Translations under genes and position numbers: made by a program
Notes under the pieces: generated by a model
Told to the model about the DNA's origin: nothing
What the model saw: the letters and a program-made list of their open reading frames with translations, nothing else
The model's database searches: none
Assembly (NCBI GenBank): GCA_030603365.1
Contig: JAUVXV010000004.1
Location: 256,001-320,000 of the forward strand
DNA from: Candidatus Heimdallarchaeota archaeon
Lineage (GTDB): Archaea > Asgardarchaeota > Heimdallarchaeia > Heimdallarchaeales > Heimdallarchaeaceae
Direction of reading: 5' to 3'
DNA length: 64,000 nucleotides
In this document: positions 51,701 through 60,639 of the stretch, piece after piece
How positions within the stretch are numbered: the stretch's first letter is position 1
Layout of the letters: every line of letters starts with the position of its first letter

Positions 51701-51920
51701 ATGCCTTTATCGAGGACTTTCTAGAGATGGCGTTTGCTAACAAGGAAAGAAAGTGCAAATAAAAGGCAAAAGACTGCCAACGGGCTCCTATGGAGTAGAG
51801 TGGAACTCTACACAATGAAGTAAGGGCAACCCTGGTGGACAACAGTTGCTCCTGAGGAGCTCAACTAACTGATATGGGAACATCCCTAAAAATGATGTTT
51901 AGAGTTAACCTCAGGGGCAT
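51701..51920 (+). ncRNA. Unassigned structured RNA candidate (220 nt)
   Basis: Closing stem AUGCCUUU/AGGGGCAU, several internal helices with G-U pairs, a TATA-like element upstream and a T-run downstream. Confidence 0.55.
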
Positions 51921-51985
51921 TATATCTCATTTTTAAGCGCAATCAGAAAAAATAAATAACAATTCAATAAATATCCAGTGTTTAT

Positions 51986-52063
51986 GGGGCAGTGATCTAG
52001 CCTGGTTATGATGTCTCGCTCACACCGAGAAAATCCGCGGTTCAAGTCCGCGCTGCCCCACCA
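51986..52063 (+). tRNA. tRNA-Val(CAC), encoded CCA
   Basis: Acceptor GGGGCAG/CTGCCCC, anticodon arm TCTCG-CTCACAC-CGAGA, T arm CGCGG-TTCAAGT-CCGCG. Confidence 0.96.
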
Positions 52064-52092
52064 TTCTAATACTAAGATTAAAGGATGATAAT

Positions 52093-53073
52093 ATGCAAGA
52101 TAATCCTCCCCTAGAACCTTATACATTCGTTGATTTATTTTCAGGAGCAGGAGGATTTAGTCTTGGTTTTGTCCAAATGAAATTCAAGGATATGTTAGCT
52201 TTAGAAAAAGATGAAACAGTAGCCAAAACGTACAAAATGAATTTTCCAAATTCTAAAGTCCTTGTTACAGATATAAGAAAGATTCACAGCCTTGAGATAA
52301 TAAATAAAATTGGAAGTAATGTTGATGTGCTCTTAGCATCACCTCCCTGTGAACCTTTTACTTCAGCTAATCCCAGAAGAAAAAAAACACCATGGGAACG
52401 ATTTTATGAAGATCCACAAGGTGATTTAATATTCCACGCAATTAGACTCATAGGTGACTTGACGCCTAAATTCTTTGTTATAGAAAATGTTTTTCCGATT
52501 GCGGAACAGAATGCAAGAAATATCCTTCAAGAAGAATTTAATTCTGTTGGTTACGATAAAGTTTTTTTTAATTATGTATCTGCAGAAGAACATGGCTGCC
52601 CCAGTATAAGAAGGAGAGTTTTCATATCAAATTTAAAATTTCAACTACCATCTCAAAAGAAAATCTCTGTTAGGAGGGCAATTTTTGATTTACCACCACC
52701 TAATCTTCCTAACGATTATGAACATCATTTTACATTCCCTTTTGCTAAACAAGCAGAACGCAAAGCATTCAAAATACAGAAAGGAGATGCAGCAGTCCAT
52801 TTCAAAAGCGCAAAAGGGGAAAAGAGAAACTGGATAAAACTTGATGAAGATAATATCGCCCCAACAGTAATGGGAAAATCTAGATTTATTCACCCTACAG
52901 AAAATCGTCCATTAACAATTCGAGAACAAGCAAGATTATTGAGTTTTCCGGATGATTTCCATTTCTCAGGGTCTGTTGAAGAGATGTTTAATCAAATTGG
53001 AGAATCAGTTCCACCTGTAATCTCCCGAAAAATAGCTGAGATAATTAGAAATAAGATTCAAAACAAAAAATGA
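52093..53073 (+). CDS. C5-cytosine DNA methyltransferase
   Basis: Motifs I FSGAGG, IV SPPC, VI ENV, VIII RRRVF, IX REQARL and X QIGESVP. Confidence 0.93.
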   Translation: MQDNPPLEPYTFVDLFSGAGGFSLGFVQMKFKDMLALEKDETVAKTYKMNFPNSKVLVTDIRKIHSLEIINKIGSNVDVLLASPPCEPFTSANPRRKKTPWERFYEDPQGDLIFHAIRLIGDLTPKFFVIENVFPIAEQNARNILQEEFNSVGYDKVFFNYVSAEEHGCPSIRRRVFISNLKFQLPSQKKISVRRAIFDLPPPNLPNDYEHHFTFPFAKQAERKAFKIQKGDAAVHFKSAKGEKRNWIKLDEDNIAPTVMGKSRFIHPTENRPLTIREQARLLSFPDDFHFSGSVEEMFNQIGESVPPVISRKIAEIIRNKIQNKK

Positions 53074-53078
53074 TAATT

Positions 53079-53750
53079 CTAGATGGAAGTAAAGACATCA
53101 CCCAAACTTGAAAAAACTAATGCAAGGGGTACATCTAGAATTTTGTGGAAAGTTTTTCGAGCTTTTTTAATTGAAAATAGATCTGTTGTCGAGTGAATTT
53201 TTCCTGTACGATTTACTGTTGTAAAAGAATCTTTTGCAACCCAAATTAATCGATTTTCTCCTCTTCGGGCAATAATTTCCTCTGTTCCTACAAGGAATGT
53301 GGATTCATTATTGATGAACCATAGAGAAGCTGGATTATATGTTTGTATCATAATTCCTTTTTTCTCTTCGTATGTTATATAATCCTCTCTTTTGATTTGA
53401 AGCCTATATTTGTTTATTACTTCTTCATAATGATATATTTCTTCTAATGGTGGGATCTCTTTCACCTGATCTCTTGTAAGAAAAGGGAGCTGGACAGGGA
53501 AGAGAAGAGCAGTAGAATACGTTTCTTCTATAATCTCCCCCACCGCTCCTTCTTTTGTATGAACAAGTAAATCAGCGATTATCCCTATGGGACCATCAAG
53601 TAGAAAACCTATTTGTCGGTTTTTCTTTTCATCAAATATTGGTAAAAGGATGGAATTTTTAGATATTGAAACTTTGACATGTTTATTATTAAATGTGTAT
53701 TCGAAGCTATGTGTTGTCTTCAAAGGTCGATTTTTTACAGTTAATTTCAT
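53079..53750 (-). CDS. Hypothetical protein
   Basis: 223-aa ORF with GGAGG SD. Last gene of the 55474-53079 operon. Confidence 0.7.
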   Translation of the reverse strand: MKLTVKNRPLKTTHSFEYTFNNKHVKVSISKNSILLPIFDEKKNRQIGFLLDGPIGIIADLLVHTKEGAVGEIIEETYSTALLFPVQLPFLTRDQVKEIPPLEEIYHYEEVINKYRLQIKREDYITYEEKKGIMIQTYNPASLWFINNESTFLVGTEEIIARRGENRLIWVAKDSFTTVNRTGKIHSTTDLFSIKKARKTFHKILDVPLALVFSSLGDVFTSI

Positions 53751-53767
53751 TTTGGTTCCTCCAAAAC

Positions 53768-55105
53768 TTATTCAATATCTATATCTATGTCCTCGTTTTC
53801 TTTATCAAATTCTTCTTCTAATCGTTTTTTTCTTAAATAAATTATCTCAGAAAGTTTTAGAGCTTCTAGCCCCAATTGTGTTATTAGATATCGTCCTCTA
53901 ATTGCCTCTCTTGTGATGAAATTTTCATCTTGAAGGATATCGGTATGGTGTTTAAAAGTTCCACCTCTCAATCCTGTGTCTTCTGAGAGCTCTTTCTGAT
54001 ATTGAGGAGAAAGTTCTAGAATTTTAAGAATCGTTAAACGTTTTTTATCTCCAAGAGCTGAAAGTAAATCAGATGCTTCTTCATAAAACTCTTCTAGTGA
54101 GTGGGTTGCCACTCTTCCATTAGAGTGTAGTAATGTGGGGATATCATCATTATCTCCAACTTTGATTACTCTTCTAGTTACTTTCTTTCCTTCTCCCCAA
54201 GCATTCCTTAGTGTTGATTCGAGATTCTTTCCTACTGAATTGGCTACTTTGCTAATATATTCAGCTATTGTTCCATCAACATCAAAATCAACGGGACCAA
54301 CAACTCTGACCCCCTTATGTTTATGAGCAGTATGTGTCTTTGTTGCTCTTCTTTGCAATCTAGCAAATTCTCTTTTTATTTGAGCTAACATAGATCTAGT
54401 ATCACTTAGATTTTTCATGGCATCTCTGAGGTTTCGATCATTCTCTTTTAATTCTCTCTCTATTTCCACTTGTTGTTCAAGATTATTCTCCCTGTAGGCT
54501 CTCTCAAGACGACGACGAATACCAGAAGCTGTTCTTCTGACTGTTTCCACATTTCTTCTTTCTTCTTCTACATCTCTTTGTGCTTCGTCAATGTCTTTTC
54601 TAGAGTGCTTAATGTCTCTACTCATTTCCTTGTATTCTTCGTCAGTTATTTCTACAGCTCTAGTTATTTTGTCTGTTTCAGTCTCTAAGAATTTATTGAA
54701 CTCTTTTTTCATTTTCTCAGAGATTTTGTCTGCAGTCTTCATACCTTCCCGTGTTGCTTTCTCAACCTTTTTCTTCAAGTCTTTGAGTTTTTCTTTAAAT
54801 TCTTCTGAATCAAAATGAAAATCTTCTCCAAAAAATGGCTGTGGTTCTGGCCGTGGTTCAGGCCTTGGTCCCATTGGAGGTCTGGGTTCCTCCAGACTAT
54901 CTCGATGAAGAGAGTCTTTTTGCATTCTGCGTTTTTCTCTATTCAGTCTCTTAATGTCTTGTAACAATCTCTTTTTTGTTTGTTCTTGTTCTTCAGCATC
55001 CAAATCTTTGTATGCTTCTTTTTGAGATTTAGATAAATTTTTGATTAAATCTTTTAGTTCATCTATTTCTTCTCTCAATTCATTTATTTCTTCATCTTTT
55101 GTCAT
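53768..55105 (-). CDS. Long coiled-coil protein with C-terminal ArsR-type winged HTH
   Basis: LSALGDKKRLTILKIL..QKELSEDTGLRGGTFKHHTDIL..RGRYLITQLG, preceded by heptads and a Pro-rich segment. Confidence 0.8.
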   Translation of the reverse strand: MTKDEEINELREEIDELKDLIKNLSKSQKEAYKDLDAEEQEQTKKRLLQDIKRLNREKRRMQKDSLHRDSLEEPRPPMGPRPEPRPEPQPFFGEDFHFDSEEFKEKLKDLKKKVEKATREGMKTADKISEKMKKEFNKFLETETDKITRAVEITDEEYKEMSRDIKHSRKDIDEAQRDVEEERRNVETVRRTASGIRRRLERAYRENNLEQQVEIERELKENDRNLRDAMKNLSDTRSMLAQIKREFARLQRRATKTHTAHKHKGVRVVGPVDFDVDGTIAEYISKVANSVGKNLESTLRNAWGEGKKVTRRVIKVGDNDDIPTLLHSNGRVATHSLEEFYEEASDLLSALGDKKRLTILKILELSPQYQKELSEDTGLRGGTFKHHTDILQDENFITREAIRGRYLITQLGLEALKLSEIIYLRKKRLEEEFDKENEDIDIDIE

Positions 55106-55116
55106 AATTTATCACC

Positions 55117-55338
55117 TTAGTAATTAGAAATACTCCCCCCATGGGTTGAATCAAAATTGGATTCAAATGTTTCTCTCAAGCCTTCGCGGAGCTCTGAAAG
55201 ATTTTCGTTTAAATCTGCTAACATTTCTTTTATGGATTTCTTCAAATCTTTAGAAAGAAACTTCATTGATTCTTTTATTTCTTCAACCATATCTTCAAGA
55301 GTACTATCTACAAATTCTTCATAGTTATCTTTTCTCAT
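55117..55338 (-). CDS. Small amphipathic/coiled-coil protein
   Basis: ATG 55338 follows a GGTGA SD. The ORF is open to 55362. Confidence 0.7.
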   Translation of the reverse strand: MRKDNYEEFVDSTLEDMVEEIKESMKFLSKDLKKSIKEMLADLNENLSELREGLRETFESNFDSTHGGSISNY

Positions 55339-55345
55339 TTTAGTA

Positions 55346-55474
55346 TCACCAAACAACTTCATAGCTTGTTTGTTTTCTTTTTACAACCCTTCTTGCTTTT
55401 TCTAACTGGTTCATTTCATCTTTTAATCTGCGGATCTCCTGATCCAAATTTTTCAGCGTTTCTTCCTGGTTCAT
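55346..55474 (-). CDS. 42-aa coiled-coil small protein (absent from the ORF track)
   Basis: MNQEETLKNLDQEIRRLKDEMNQLEKARRVVKRKQTSYEVVW. GGTG lies upstream and its stop overlaps the SD of the next gene. Confidence 0.65.
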   Translation of the reverse strand: MNQEETLKNLDQEIRRLKDEMNQLEKARRVVKRKQTSYEVVW

Positions 55475-55839
55475 ATCTAACACCATTCTTATGACTTACA
55501 TCATTCTGCTCTAAATTACAGTTTCTTGTAAGTATTCATGTTGTTGTTTATAAATATTACTATTCTGTATGTAAAGTACACAAATATGTAAATAATCTGA
55601 ATGCGCTCTTTTAGAGGCTGAAAGCACTACATTGGGACACCACATGTGATTATAATGCGCAAAATATCATTGACAATAGTAAATAACCTATTTGTAGATA
55701 TTGCGTAGATGATACTTATTCATTTTATTGAAAGTTGTATTTTAAAGCTAAAGAGTGAATATAATTTAGGTATATTAACCAAAATAAAGATAGAATTACA
55801 AGAATATATCTGATACTAAATGCTCAATGAGGTAATTAT

Positions 55840-56532
55840 TTGAACAATCTAAAAACAGAGCGCCAGGCAATTTCTTCAAGTTTTGAAGAGATAGATATTA
55901 CAAAAAGCTATCTGGAAGCCTTTGATTCTGTAATGGGTAATGGTCAAAACCATCTTTCACCTAATTTAAAAGAGAAAATATATCCAAATGGTGTTAAGAA
56001 AATAACATATAGTCCTCAAACTGAATCTATTTATTATTTTGCAACAGAGAAAACAACTGATGCGCCTGTAAAAAATACTTGGGAACTTTTTGAAGATAGA
56101 GGGGCATTTGTAGAAAGTAGATTAATAGAGCAGCTTTCTGAAGTAGATGAAATAAAACAAGATTTCAAATTAATTAGTAAAGAGGAAGCTGAAATAGAAG
56201 AAATGAAAAATGGTGAATTAGTCGTTGCTGTAGTTGAACATTTGAATAATTATGGTGAAAAGGCATTCCGTTACCGTATAGATAAAGGAACCAAAGAGAA
56301 ATGTATGATTTTTAAATTTCAACGAACATCAATGACTGAGGAAATTGTTGTTTTTGGATCAGATGGTCATTTAGTTTTGAACCGAGAAGAAGAAAATGAT
56401 ACTGTTCATCAAAGAGTAATGAAGTATATGAATAGAACTGTAATTAGTTGGTATTATGAAGGTTTATTGAGAATCAAACGATTAGAAACTAAACAGAAAA
56501 AATACATTCAGAAACTCTCTCGGTATTCCTAA
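55840..56532 (+). CDS. Hypothetical protein
   Basis: 230-aa ORF, TTG start after a GAGGT SD. Confidence 0.7.
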   Translation: MNNLKTERQAISSSFEEIDITKSYLEAFDSVMGNGQNHLSPNLKEKIYPNGVKKITYSPQTESIYYFATEKTTDAPVKNTWELFEDRGAFVESRLIEQLSEVDEIKQDFKLISKEEAEIEEMKNGELVVAVVEHLNNYGEKAFRYRIDKGTKEKCMIFKFQRTSMTEEIVVFGSDGHLVLNREEENDTVHQRVMKYMNRTVISWYYEGLLRIKRLETKQKKYIQKLSRYS

Positions 56533-56667
56533 AATGTTGATTGTTTTTAAGTAATTTATAAATAATCAATATTCCCTACATATTTCTCCATATAATACCC
56601 TCTCTTAAAATCGATTGTGATTATTTTTCTCTAGGAAATCAATTCATAAAATAAAGAAGGTGATAAA

Positions 56668-56934
56668 ATGCTTTATGATCTTAACTCAATTTATTGTTCA
56701 AGATGTAAAGAGTTTACATCTATTTTTGATGCAGTAAACTATGATTTTTCAGCTACTGAAATCATTTGCAGTAACTGTGGCAAGATTCTTCTTATAATGA
56801 AAACCAAATATCAAACTGGTTCAGATTTGAATTTTAATTCAGATAAAATAGAAGGTCATATGCGAAAAGAGAATCAAAAAACTGCTAAACAAGCAAAAAT
56901 TCAAAGAATCTTAACTGGAGTAAACACTGCCTAA
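56668..56934 (+). CDS. Small zinc-ribbon protein
   Basis: CSRC...CSNC and an AGGTGA SD. Confidence 0.7.
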   Translation: MLYDLNSIYCSRCKEFTSIFDAVNYDFSATEIICSNCGKILLIMKTKYQTGSDLNFNSDKIEGHMRKENQKTAKQAKIQRILTGVNTA

Positions 56935-56950
56935 TTATCTCTAACGAGAT

Positions 56951-58222
56951 GTGCACACTAACCATACAGTTTTTCAATGTAATTCTATTTTGTCAAATGT
57001 GAATGCTAACGAAACCGAAATAGTTGTGGTTGGTGGAGGACCTGCTGGATTGATTTCAGCAAAAACGGCAGCTGCAAAAGGACGTAGCGTTATTTTATTT
57101 GATTCTAAAGATAAGATAGGTTTCCACGAACACTGTGCTGGTTTATTAAGTATTCAGGGATTAAAGGATCTAAACCTAGAGAAGTTGCCTTCTGGTATTA
57201 TCCAAAATAATTCAATTAAAGGTGCAATAATTTTTTCACCCTCAGGCAAGTCTATTACTGTTGAAAAAGAACAACCAACTGCATATGTAGTTAATCGTGA
57301 GAAGTTTAATATCCATCTTTACAATTTAGCAACAGAAGTAGGTGTTAATACAGAGACTTCATCAAGAGTTCTTAAGGTAGAAAGAGAAAATAAATCCTTA
57401 ATATTAAAACTTGGAAAGAAGAACGCATACAGGAAAGTTGTTAGCCGAATTGCTATTCTTGCTGAAGGAAGATTTCCTCAGATCAATAAACAAATTGGTC
57501 TTCCTATACCATCTAGAAACAGCATCGTTTTTTCATCAATGTATATGATGAAAAATCTGAAAGACATCAATCCTAATTTTGTTGAAATATATCAAGATCA
57601 AAGGTTTGCTCCTGGATTCTTTACTTGGATAATCCCTACAAGTGATACGACAGCTAAAGTTGGTCTTGCATCCACAAATGTACCTGCTAGGAATTTTCTG
57701 AACCTTTTTATCCAAAAACATCCAATCGCACGAAAAAAACTTGAGAATGCGGTAATTGAAAAACGAACTAACGGTGCTATTCCTCTTGGTTCTTTTATTC
57801 GAAAGACTTTTACAGACAATATTATGGTAGTTGGTGATGCTGCAGGTCAAACAAAACCAACAACAGGCGGCGGTGTTATTTTTGGAGGAGTTGCAGCACA
57901 GTTTGCCGGACAAATAGCTAGTGACGCTATTATACAGGAACGATATGATGCTCGATTTTTATCTCAGTACTCTAAATTATGGAAAAGAAAATTCAGTTCT
58001 AATTTGACGATTATGCGACTTGTGCGTAATTATTTGAATAGCCTTAATGAAAAAGAGATAAACAGATTGTTACTAATATTAAACAACCCCAAAGTGAAAC
58101 ATAAAATTTCTGAGAAAGGAGATGTAGATAACCAAAAAAAGATTGTTATGAATTTACTAACAGAAATGCGTTTATGGCCTTTTATTATTAAAACAGGTTT
58201 CAAATTCTTATTAAATTTGTAA
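56951..58222 (+). CDS. Geranylgeranyl reductase-family FAD oxidoreductase
   Basis: VVGGGPAG, CAG, PGFFTWIIP and GDAAGQTKPTTGGG. Confidence 0.9.
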   Translation: MHTNHTVFQCNSILSNVNANETEIVVVGGGPAGLISAKTAAAKGRSVILFDSKDKIGFHEHCAGLLSIQGLKDLNLEKLPSGIIQNNSIKGAIIFSPSGKSITVEKEQPTAYVVNREKFNIHLYNLATEVGVNTETSSRVLKVERENKSLILKLGKKNAYRKVVSRIAILAEGRFPQINKQIGLPIPSRNSIVFSSMYMMKNLKDINPNFVEIYQDQRFAPGFFTWIIPTSDTTAKVGLASTNVPARNFLNLFIQKHPIARKKLENAVIEKRTNGAIPLGSFIRKTFTDNIMVVGDAAGQTKPTTGGGVIFGGVAAQFAGQIASDAIIQERYDARFLSQYSKLWKRKFSSNLTIMRLVRNYLNSLNEKEINRLLLILNNPKVKHKISEKGDVDNQKKIVMNLLTEMRLWPFIIKTGFKFLLNL

Positions 58223-58251
58223 AAAAAAAGATTTGTAGTATTGTTTTGTAT

Positions 58252-58716
58252 TTAATACCTTGTTCTTAAAGCAGAAAGTTTTAACTTGACTTTAATTGAA
58301 TTTTGAGTTATCACTTTATAATCAGAAGATCCTAAAGGAACTGATAATTCATGATCTATTATGATATCATCATTCTTTCCTGGATCTCTCTCAAAAACAT
58401 GGAAGGGTACTTGAACCGCTCCTCCCTTAGGCGCATCCCTAAATTCAGTATAGAGAGTTAATCCATTAAGTGGTTGATAAATCTCATTTTTCTCAAGATT
58501 CATAGTTCCTCTATTGGGGATTCTTGTACTATAATTTGGTCTTTTTCCAACTCTAAAGTATAATTCAGATTCATTTCCAAATAAATCTCGATCTTCTAAA
58601 ACTTTTATCGAAATGAGTTCTACTTTTACCTGAAATCTGTCTTTGAATTCCTTAGTATCCCTTTGCCCTCTTGCATATGTGTCCTTATAGACTTTTTTTA
58701 CTACTCGTCGTCCCAT
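58252..58716 (-). CDS. Stand-alone C2-like domain protein
   Basis: VKVELISIKVLEDRDLFGNESELYFRV and VFERDPGKNDDII resemble C2 calcium-binding loops 1 and 3. Confidence 0.55.
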   Translation of the reverse strand: MGRRVVKKVYKDTYARGQRDTKEFKDRFQVKVELISIKVLEDRDLFGNESELYFRVGKRPNYSTRIPNRGTMNLEKNEIYQPLNGLTLYTEFRDAPKGGAVQVPFHVFERDPGKNDDIIIDHELSVPLGSSDYKVITQNSIKVKLKLSALRTRY

Positions 58717-58767
58717 GATACACCACTTTAAAGATATTTGGGAGTTTGAGCTTAAAACCTTTTTTCA

Positions 58768-59922
58768 TCAACCATTTTTTAAGAACTCTACTAAACAGAA
58801 GTTTCCTCTACGTGTTGCTGGGATTCTTTCTCCAACATTGAATTCCATTTCAGGTAGTAAAATCTGTAACATTCCTCCCCAGAGATATATTATGAAGTCA
58901 CATAAATCGCGTTTTCCCTCAACACACTTTTCTCCGGGTGCGTATGTACAATATCCTCTTGCTGGAAATTCCACATATGCTACTCTTCTCGAAACACTAG
59001 AAGTTAGGTCTGGTGGGAGATAGTTCTTTAAATCTTCTGAAGTTTTTTCTAGGAGTGCTTTTGTTACATATTGACCTATCATAGATGAAATTTCTTTCAT
59101 ATTTTGTTCTGAATCTCTGATATTAATTAGCAGAAATTCTATCAAAAAGAGTACATGAGTGTCATTAAATTCACTTTTTGCCTTTTTAACACTCGCATCC
59201 TCAATGTCGCTGAAGAATGTACTTGTTATCTCTCCTAGAACCTTATGAAAAATCGGTAAAATCATAGTTGTGGGAAATTCTTTCAATATTGGAGAGAAAA
59301 CTATTTCCAAATCAAGCTCTATACTAGCTTTGATCTCTTCCTCCTCTGATGATAAACTTGGTTGAGCTGTTGAGGTTCGACTTGATTGAATTGTTTGAGT
59401 TTGATTTGCTGTAATAGTTGGTAGAACCTCACTTGTTATTATATTACTAGAGGGAATACCTTGATCCATTTTTTGAACAATTATTTGTAATTGTTGAGAT
59501 TCAAATTGGCTAGGAATTTGTTCCACTCTAACGTCTGAATCGAATAGGAAATAACCAAGGGCTTTCATCATTCCTGAAACAATCAGTAAATAAGGAGCTG
59601 AACCAGCGCTGGAGGATATAAAACGGTTTGCTCCTAATTGTATAATCGCATTATCTTCCTTCATTTTAATATTAATGTTCTTCCAACCTAAAGACTCAAC
59701 GAGTAAGTCAAATTGCTCTTCGATAGAAAGGTCTCTGTGAGGAGTAAAGTAAGTGTGAAAAACGTCTGCAATAGCAGATACCATTACTTGTTCTGTTTCC
59801 TTATTAGTAATATCTAACGAGGCTATTATTTTCTCTAATGAATTCATTAGTATCTTTATGGTTTGAAGTGCTCTTAATTTGTCACTTCCTTTGTTTGTCC
59901 ATGTTGGTGAAAATCCGCTCAT
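58768..59922 (-). CDS. Protein with two V4R/Bet3-like domains
   Basis: LGWKNINI...SGMMKALGYFLF and CDFIIYLWGGMLQILL...RGNFCLVEF. ATG 59922 is the likely start; the ORF is open to 59979. Confidence 0.6.
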   Translation of the reverse strand: MSGFSPTWTNKGSDKLRALQTIKILMNSLEKIIASLDITNKETEQVMVSAIADVFHTYFTPHRDLSIEEQFDLLVESLGWKNINIKMKEDNAIIQLGANRFISSSAGSAPYLLIVSGMMKALGYFLFDSDVRVEQIPSQFESQQLQIIVQKMDQGIPSSNIITSEVLPTITANQTQTIQSSRTSTAQPSLSSEEEEIKASIELDLEIVFSPILKEFPTTMILPIFHKVLGEITSTFFSDIEDASVKKAKSEFNDTHVLFLIEFLLINIRDSEQNMKEISSMIGQYVTKALLEKTSEDLKNYLPPDLTSSVSRRVAYVEFPARGYCTYAPGEKCVEGKRDLCDFIIYLWGGMLQILLPEMEFNVGERIPATRRGNFCLVEFLKNG

Positions 59923-60156
59923 GTAAATCTTCCTGTAAATGATGAAAGAACTATAAATGCTCTTACTTAAGATGTTCAAATATCAAATATAACTTTTATG
60001 TTATTTTCGTTCAATAAGACTTCGAAATTTCATATTATTTAATTTCTATAAGTATCTTAGCTTGTTCGAATTCCTTTTTTACGAAATCCAGAAAATAGGT
60101 TAATTCAAAAAGCTTAAAACACCGACTATGACGTAACTGTATAGATATTCATTTAC

Positions 60157-60348
60157 GTGGTTATAATGAGTAAAACGATAAACATGCCTCGATGCACAAG
60201 TTGCAATAAGGTTATCAGTCCTAGTGAAGACGGAAATACACGCTTTTCTTGTCCTAATTGCAATGATGTAATGATCATTCGTTGTAAGAAATGTAGATTG
60301 TTTGGCAATGAATACGTGTGTCCTAAATGCAACTTTCATGGTCCTTAA
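60157..60348 (+). CDS. HVO_2753/DUF1610-family double zinc-finger protein
   Basis: CTSC..FSCPNC..RCKKCR..YVCPKCNFHGP, in its usual position upstream of aEF-1beta. Confidence 0.9.
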   Translation: MVIMSKTINMPRCTSCNKVISPSEDGNTRFSCPNCNDVMIIRCKKCRLFGNEYVCPKCNFHGP

Positions 60349-60361
60349 GTGGGTGAAATAA

Positions 60362-60631
60362 TTGGGTGAAGTCTTACTAGTATATGAAATAAGACCTGAA
60401 TCTGCAGAAGTTACTCCAGATAAGTTAGAACAGCTATTAAGGAGTAATCTTCCTGAAGCAATTCAAATGCAAAATGATCCTGAACACAAACCATTATTCT
60501 TCGGATTAATAGGGATAGTTGGCCAGTTTATTATTCCTGAAGTAGATGGAGCACAGGATCAATTGGAAGAATATTTTGAATCTATAGAAGAAATTTCTTC
60601 ATTTCAAATGGATTTTGTAACAAGATTGTAG
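60362..60631 (+). CDS. ef1b: Translation elongation factor aEF-1beta
   Basis: MGEVLLVYEIRPESAEV and KPLFFGL, plus synteny with the zinc-finger gene. Confidence 0.88.
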   Translation: MGEVLLVYEIRPESAEVTPDKLEQLLRSNLPEAIQMQNDPEHKPLFFGLIGIVGQFIIPEVDGAQDQLEEYFESIEEISSFQMDFVTRL

Positions 60632-60639
60632 TCTTCCCA

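Noticed and set aside
51701-51920. RNase P RNA, SECIS or MITE identity for the structured element
   Set aside because: No P4-forming CR-I/CR-V pair was found. The AUGA/GA stem is asymmetric and tyrS has no in-frame UGA. The terminal stem relies on G-U pairs and there is no clear target-site duplication.
51986-56934. Integrated element at tRNA-Val
   Set aside because: No integrase and no repeat of the tRNA 3' end was seen downstream.
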